Made by a program: the position numbers and the translations under genes
The notes under the pieces: model-generated
The model's database searches: none
Told to the model about the DNA's origin: nothing
What the model saw: the letters and a program-made list of their open reading frames with translations, nothing else
Source: Chlorokybus atmophyticus
Taxonomy: Eukaryota; Plantae; Mesostigma and Chlorokybus algae
Reading direction: 5' to 3'
DNA length: 5,007 nt
Assembly: GCA_009103225.1 (NCBI GenBank)
Contig: RHPI01001755.1
Coordinates: 1-5,007 of the forward strand
Part shown: positions 1 to 5,007 of the stretch, one piece after another
Position numbering within the stretch: position 1 is the first letter of the stretch
Layout of the letters: each line of letters starts with the position of its first letter

Positions 1-90
1 GGCGCTCATTGCTTGCTATGGTACACCCCAGGCCCGGTGGGGAGTTTCATTGTGTATTCACTTCTGTAGCGGGCGCCTCCCACATCCTCG

Positions 91-277
91 CCCAAGCACG
101 GTGTCAAGCTCTCCCTGCGTGTAGCGGCAAGCGCGTCATGGTGATGGAATGGGGAGACGCCACGGCCTCCCGCTTGTGGGTGTCTTTCCTTGGCATGCGT
201 CCGGAGGTTCTTCCCTTCGCTCGTGCTGCGTTGAGCTCCTTCGGTGTTCTGGGCGCTGCCCTCCCAAGCACGGTGTC
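91..277 (+). repeat. Exact 15-bp dispersed direct repeat cccaagcacggtgtc (91-105 and 263-277)
   Basis: Direct reading; the copies are 172 bp apart and lie in different codon phases. Confidence 0.85.
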
Positions 278-413
278 GGGAGTCAGCCCACCCTTTGAAA
301 CATCGTCCACCAGATATCGCTTCACCTTGTTTCCTGGCAAGGAACTCCCCCGCACCCTCTCCATACGAGTGCAGCAAGCGGGTGCATGGTTGACATATGC
401 GGTGGATGTCACT
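174..413 (+). other. RRM-like region of ORF1
   Basis: LWVSFLGMRPEVLPFARAALSSFGVL...TRYRFTLFPGKELPRTLSI matches the V.v.gvP......aL..fG.v...R.v......lP..l.i pattern that precedes the knuckle in L1/Tx1 ORF1. Judged by eye. Confidence 0.55.
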
Positions 414-434
414 TCCTTCTCCACCCCTCCTGTC

Positions 435-476
435 TGCCACGTGTGCTCCCGCCCAGGTCATACCCGCTTTCGTTGT
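435..476 (+). other. CCHC zinc knuckle (CX2CX4HX4C)
   Basis: CHVCSRPGHTRFRC in frame 3 has the exact spacing. Confidence 0.92.
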
Positions 477-2319
477 CCTCAGCGCCAGGGATTCCTCTGC
501 TCCCGCTGGAGATGCCTCCACCCGTGCACCCCCAGCGCAGAGAGGCGCCACACATCTCCCCACGCAGCGTCCTCCTCTCCAGCAGACGCAGCGAGCCCCC
601 ACCGCCACCGGTGATCCCCCCTCTGCTCCCTCTTCTTCACGCACCCCGGTGGAGGGGAGTGAAGACTCCGCCTCGATACCAGCCTTCAACGCTGCTGCAG
701 ATGGCGCTCAGCACGCCCTTCCTTCGGTAGGAGCAGCGCCTTCAACCTTGCAGGCCCTCGCCACCCTCTCTCGCCTGGACGACCAGCGCGCTATCGAACA
801 GTCAGCATGGCAGCAGGCGTCGAGGCGGAAGGGTGGGAAGCTGCAGGCGGCTACGAGCGTGAAGCCCATGGCCTCTACTCTTTCTCAGCCCTCGCTCGTG
901 CGATGGCTGATTCCCCCTACCGCTCGCAGGTCCACAGCATGGTGGGACATGGTGGAGGAGGAGGAACACGAGCACACGGACGTGACGGCGATGACAGACA
1001 CCCCCCCCCGTTACTCCTCGTGCTTCCACCCTTCTTCCCCCGGCAATTGGCTGGGTAAAACACGCCCTGCAAGAGGTGGGGGTGGATGTTGGCCTCGGCC
1101 CTATTGACACAGTTTTTGTTGTTCCGCTGCTGGGGAGCGGCCTGCTGGACTCAGACTCCCCGAGTGTTCTGCTATCCGACGCTGGGCAAGTTTCTGGCAT
1201 GCACGTCGCAAAACTCTCCCTCCCTGTCAACCAGCCCACATCACCAGCGTCCTGGCTGCGTGCCCAGGTGCGGGAGGTGCTGGGTGTGGTCGGCTATCCA
1301 CTCGACACGTCCACGGACGCGATGGACGTTGACTACGCCATGGGCAACATGCTTGCAGTCAGGGGCACAGGAAACAAACGCAAGGGGAAGTTGTACCTGG
1401 CTCCGGTGCTTTCAATGGCAACTCCCGACTTATCTCTTTCCTCTGCATTCATTCAGAGGTGGACCCCCCTGCATGAATGGGAGGCGTACTTGCTAGAAAG
1501 AGCAGCAGGGAGGGCTGCAACGCTGGGCCTTTCTCTTCATCAATCACTCACCGACTGGGGGGCTCAGCATTCAGCTCCGCGCTCAGCACCTCCTGCGGTT
1601 ACCTCACCCTCGATGGTTGGTCCTTTGGGCCCCTCTCCTCAGCCATCAGTGGTGAAACGCCTCTTTCCTGCCCTCTCTCCATCAGCTCCGCTGACGGCGC
1701 CACAATCTGCACTTTCTCCTCCAAGCCCCGCGCCAGCCATGGAGGTCCGCTTCGCTTCTCCACAGAAGACTTTTCCCACCCCGGAGCTGGTGTCCTTGCT
1801 TGTTGCACTGCGCTGCCAGGACGGGGAATGGTGGTTGGGGCTAGGACGCTGCAGCTCTCCTTCGCCCTTTCCCTTCGCCCTTGCCATGGCATCAACGGAG
1901 GGAGTAGAGCCGGAGCACCGTCTTCGCCAGCTTGCTGCTGATGCTATGCATCTGCCCGAAGCCACGGAATGGAGGGAGTGGGAGGCAGCTACCAGCTCCT
2001 TGTCTCTGCATCTGCAGGAGCACGCCGTCGGCGTTGGAAGAGTATGGGTGGTCTCGCCCCCACACCAGATCACAGTTACAGGCTCGGGCACGGTTTTGTG
2101 GGCTAATCTTCGCAAGCTTTTTCTGGTGGCGGGTGGCCTGGAGCCGCTAACAGCTCAAGCCTTGCAACAACAGCGTAAGCATGCGCAGCAGTTGTTGCCA
2201 CTGCCGCAAGGCGCGGACGACTCCCTTGTGGACGCTCTGCGCTGGGCTTCGACTGAGCCAGCAACGGTGCAGCTGCAAGAGCTGCTGGGTCTTTCGGCCT
2301 TTGAGTCGCTGCCGCCTTC

Positions 2320-2323
2320 ATGA
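2320..2323 (+). promoter_or_regulatory. ATGA start/stop overlap between ORF1 and ORF2 (candidate translational coupling site)
   Basis: ORF2 ATG is at 2320-2322 and ORF1 TGA at 2321-2323. The first endonuclease motif (WNVRG) begins at codon 10. Confidence 0.7.
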
Positions 2324-3079
2324 ATTCACCCTTACACGTCCGGCCTTGGAATGTGCGGGGGCTCGGAGGTTCAGCCTCTCACCTAGGTTTAAGCAAACGT
2401 TCGCTGCTGCTGCAACGCCTCCGTTCCTGGGGACTAGCAAGCTCTCTTTTTCTCCTATTGCAAGAAACTAAGCTCGGCCCCACTTCTGAAGCTGCATGGC
2501 TTCAGCGCTTCTGGCGGGGAGGTTCCTGCTGGTCTCCAGCTGCTGGCAGCCGAGGCGGGGTGGCCATTTTATTTCCTTCATGTCTTTCGCACCTGGTGAT
2601 CTCACAAGGTGTGTGTGTGCCTGCGCGCTGCTGTTGGGTGAAGCTGCGGTGGGATGGAGGCGTCCTGCTTCTGGCCTCGGTCTACGCACCCAACGAGGCA
2701 GCTGAACGCACTGCTTTTTTTGCAACTATATCATCCTCTCTCCCGGAAGCGGACTACTACATTCTGGGGGGGGGACTGGAATGTCACGGACAACCCCATC
2801 CTGGATCGCTCTCACGGGGGGGAGGACTTAAGCCCGTCTTCTCTCTCCTCATCCTCACTGCAAATGCTGCTCTCTGAGCGTGGCCTGGAAGACAACTTTC
2901 GTATTTTACACCCTCTCTCCATGGACTTCACATGGAGCAATCGCCGACAAGGTGCCGATCATAGAGCTGCACGCTTGGATCGTCTTTATGTGAGCACTGC
3001 CCTGCGGGAACTCACAGAGTCTTCAGAGGTGTGCTTAGGGGAAACACTTTCTGACCATGTCCCCGTCACCGTTACTCTT
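2320..3079 (+). other. APE-type (EEP family) endonuclease domain
   Basis: WNVRG, LQETK, SRGGVAIL, SVYAPN, GGDWN, FTW, RLDRLY and SDHVPV are all present in order, with catalytic N, E, Y, D, N, D and H intact. Confidence 0.95.
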
Positions 3080-4217
3080 TGCCCTACTGCAGCTGTTGAG
3101 CGTGGGCCCGGATGCTGGAAGTTAGACCCTACGCTGATGGCCGACACCCTCTTCCGCACTGACGTAGAAGACCTTTGGTCTACCAGATCTCAGCGCCGCC
3201 CCCAGCCGCACTTGATGGTAGAATGGTTCGAGGAAGGGCTCGAACAGGTGGCTGTCCTGGCCAGGCAGCACTGCACGCGCAGACGTGCTCTCCGCCATCA
3301 GTCAGACCAAGCTGTTCGAGCCCTGCTGGTGTCGGCTGAACGCTCCTTGTCCAGCTCCCCTACCAACGCCGCTCTGCAGGAGGAGTGCTCCTCGCTGCGT
3401 GGACAGCTTGCGAGGCTGGAGGAGGAGGCGGTGGAGGGTTCTTTCCTTCGCTTCAGCAGCGAATGAAGGCTGGAGGGTGAGAGAATGAGTAAATCTTTTT
3501 TTGCTAAAGGCAAGGCAGACAGGCAGCTCTTGCTCTTGCGTTCTCTCAGCTATTCCTTGCATCCGCATGATCCCCCCCTCACGGAGCAGGCAGAGATCTT
3601 GGAAGCAGCACGAGACTTCTACTGTTCTTTCTTTTCCTCCACACAGGTTGACCCTGTTGCTAAGGCTGATGCGTTGGCAACTTGTGTCGGCCATGTGCAA
3701 CCATCGGTGTCAGCAGAGGTTGCTCAAGGCTTGGACTTACCCATCACTATGGAAGAACTAGAAGCGGCCTTGATGTCCATGAACTCTCACAAAAGCCCGG
3801 GTATGGATGGGCTAACCGCCTATTTCTGGCAAGGCATGTGGCCCGTGCTCAAGGAGGACTACACTGCTTACTGCCAACAGGTGTTGTCTCGAGGGTATAT
3901 GGGCACGTCACAAGGAGTGGGTGTGATCACGATGTTGCACAAGAAGGTGACCTAGCCGATCTCCGCAACTGGCGTCCAATCACCCTACTCTCTCTTCACT
4001 ACAGGATACTAGCGAAGGCCATAGCCACTCGGCTTTCCCCTCTCCTTCCTGAGGTTCTCTCCGAGGAGCAAACAGGCTTTGTGAAACACCGCTACATATT
4101 AGACAACGTGCTCACAGCTCTGGATGCCATACACTACGTGAGTTCAACCAACCAGGATGTAGCCCTTCTTCTCTTAGACTTTATGAAGGCATTCGATAGG
4201 TTGGATTGGGATTTCTT

Positions 4218-4245
4218 GGAGCAGGTTATGCGGAGCAGGTTATGC
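4218..4245 (+). repeat. Perfect 14-bp tandem duplication (ggagcaggttatgc x2) causing an RT frameshift
   Basis: Units at 4218-4231 and 4232-4245, followed by gg. Removing one unit restores FLEQVMRLGFG. Confidence 0.95.
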
Positions 4246-4695
4246 GGCTTGGTTTTGGTGCAACGTTGTGTGGATGGATCAGAGTTCTCAATGGTGGGGG
4301 TCGCAGCCGAGTTTTGATCAATGGCCATCTATCCGAGGAGTTCTCCCTCCAACGCAGCGTGAGGCAAGGCTGCCCGATGGCCCCTGCCCTGTTTGTTCTT
4401 GCTACTGAAGCATTAGGTGCAATGCTGAAGTCCCATCCTGCCTGCAAAGGCTTGGCTCTTCCCTCATCTGGTGTTCTCCTTCCTGATGAAGACGCGTCAT
4501 TAAAAGATATCCGCTACTTTGCATTCGCAGACGATACTGCCGTGCTGCTGGAGGTATCGCCAGCAGCTTACGCGGCCTTCTTTTCTGTCATGCACTTGTA
4601 CTGTTTAGCCTCACACTCTGTCCTCAACCTCCCCAAGTCGGTTGGCATCCTACTCGGAGCAGCAGCACAGCGTCACCCTCCGGAGTGGGGGGTTA

Positions 4696-4721
4696 GGTGG
4701 CTTCACCGGGGGGAAGCCACC
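4696..4721. repeat. Perfect 9-bp inverted repeat with 8-nt loop (ggtggcttc accggggg gaagccacc)
   Basis: Arms at 4696-4704 and 4713-4721 are exact reverse complements. Confidence 0.85.
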
Positions 4722-4734
4722 ACGCTCTTAGGCG

Positions 4735-5007
4735 TACAAAGTTTGCCTCAACTGAATCACCCTACCAAAAAACTCATTTAAGTTATGATCCAGGACTCCG
4801 ACGCCAGCAGCAATTTGCTGACCGGCAACAACTGGTGAAACTTTTCTACCAGAAACTACATGGACAGCGCCTATGTTAAGATCCTTTTTAACGGCCACGA
4901 CCAATTCGCAGAACAGGGGGGTCTCACTGTAGCGCCATTCAACCCTACCAGCACCTGACGCCGCCTTCCCACGAAACGCATATACGTAGACTCGTTCGGT
5001 CTTTCGG
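4735..5007 (+). pseudogene. Fragment of a giant-virus (Nucleocytoviricota) major capsid protein gene, C-terminal jelly-roll, decayed; runs off the window end
   Basis: Stitched translation: YKVCLN/NHPTKKLI*VMIQDSDASSNLLTGNNW*NFSTRNYMDSAYVKILFNGHDQFAEQG/SHCSAIQPYQHLT/RLPTKRIYVDSFGLS. This follows the NCLDV MCP motif series (K.RLNFNHP.KELIWV, N.WFNFS, SAK...NGHDRF, YF..VQPYQHHT, P...IYVYSF.L) in order and with plausible spacing. Disablements: -1 near 4753, TAA 4779-4781, TGA 4836-4838, -1 at the G6 run 4916-4921, +1 near 4961. Confidence 0.88.

Larger units (their letters stand above)
3..2323 (+). pseudogene. LINE ORF1 (gag-like nucleic-acid-binding protein), N-terminus outside the window, two frameshifts
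   Basis: Frame 3 is open from the window edge through the zinc knuckle (ORF 9..614). It continues in frame 1 (397..1107; shift somewhere in ~477-614, most simply the G run at 488-490), then in frame 2, which is open from 995 to the TGA at 2321-2323. Removing one C from the C9 run at 1001-1009 gives DTPPVTPRASTLLPPAIGWVKHALQEVGVDV. Confidence 0.8.
1..4736 (+). mobile_element. Non-LTR retrotransposon (LINE, L1/Tx1-like), degenerate; 5' end outside the window, 3' end missing
   Basis: Colinear ORF1 (RRM-like + CCHC), APE endonuclease and RT motifs in the canonical L1-clade order. The linker motif W..EGE..SK.FF (here *RLEGERMSKSFF), KSPGxDG, NWRPITLL and RQGCP are typical of L1/Tx1 ORF2. No LTR, integrase or protease motifs seen. 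Confidence 0.95.
2320..4736 (+). pseudogene. LINE ORF2 (endonuclease-reverse transcriptase), disrupted and 3'-truncated
   Basis: Frame 1 from 2320; +1 at the G9 run 2766-2774 (ILGG|DWN) into frame 2; in-frame TGA at 3464-3466 at the conserved W; -1 at 3946-3947 (HKK|GDLADLRNWRP) into frame 1; 14-bp duplication 4218-4245 into frame 3; LINE homology ends after LLGV. Confidence 0.95.
3731..4736 (+). other. Non-LTR reverse transcriptase domain (motifs 0-7)
   Basis: PITMEEL, KSPGMDG, NWRPITLL, EQTGF, LDFMKAFD (D at 4177), RQGCPMAP (Q at 4365), FADD (4524-4535), LNLPKS and LLGV (4725-4736). Confidence 0.95.

Noticed and set aside
477-1107. ORF1 as three genuine separate ORFs, or frameshifts explained by introns
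   Set aside because: Single-base corrections rejoin the frames, one of them in a homopolymer, and no clear splice signals are needed. The first shift position remains uncertain.
2240-2319. Calicivirus-type TURBS (UGGGA) upstream of the AUGA overlap, or a SART1-like downstream hairpin
   Set aside because: Only tgggc and tgggt occur upstream, and I found no convincing stem in 2324-2400 by eye.
3464-3466. TGA read as Trp (alternative genetic code) or programmed readthrough
   Set aside because: Other Trp codons are TGG, ORF1 ends in TGA, and the ORF has independent frameshift lesions. A TGG>TGA mutation is simpler.
6-4447. Minus-strand ORFs (e.g. 6..689, 802..1239, 1639..2115, 3302..3700) as antisense genes
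   Set aside because: No recognisable motifs. They shadow GC-rich plus-strand coding sequence, where long stop-free antisense frames are expected.
4688-4697. Telomere-like gggttagg near the junction
   Set aside because: Little more than one unit, and it encodes in-frame RT residues (WGVRW); expected by chance.
4725-4781. Functional RT-capsid fusion protein
   Set aside because: RT frame 3 does read into LNHPTKKLI, but only because of an inferred 1-nt loss near 4753. A stop follows at 4779 and upstream ORF2 is already broken.
4697-4879. 60-aa frame-2 ORF as a real gene or the ORF2 continuation
   Set aside because: It has no LINE C-terminal motifs, and the capsid motifs lie in other frames across the same bases.
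1-5007. CRISPR array, tRNA/rRNA, LTRs, terminal inverted repeats, target-site duplication, poly(A) tail
   Set aside because: None seen. The LINE 5' end is outside the window and its 3' end is absent, so a target-site duplication cannot be assessed.

Overview
Bases 1 to ~4736 are a decayed, plus-strand non-LTR retrotransposon (LINE, L1/Tx1-type). Its ORF1 begins upstream of the window, carries an RRM-like region and a CCHC zinc knuckle, and is split by two frameshifts. ORF1 overlaps ORF2 by the tetranucleotide ATGA. ORF2 encodes an APE-type endonuclease and a reverse transcriptase and is broken by two 1-nt indels, one nonsense codon and a 14-bp tandem duplication. The element stops abruptly just after RT motif 7 (LLGV), with no C-terminal domain, 3' UTR or poly(A). 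It is joined at ~4731-4737 to a heavily decayed same-strand fragment that I recognise by motif as the C-terminal jelly-roll of a giant-virus (Nucleocytoviricota/NCLDV) major capsid protein; the ORF track misses it because of stops and frameshifts. The window therefore looks like a LINE fused to an endogenised giant-virus relic in a eukaryotic genome. The C-terminal half of ORF1 also appears to hold two diverged copies of a domain with Nudix-like spacing. All family assignments come from motifs recalled by eye; no searches were run.
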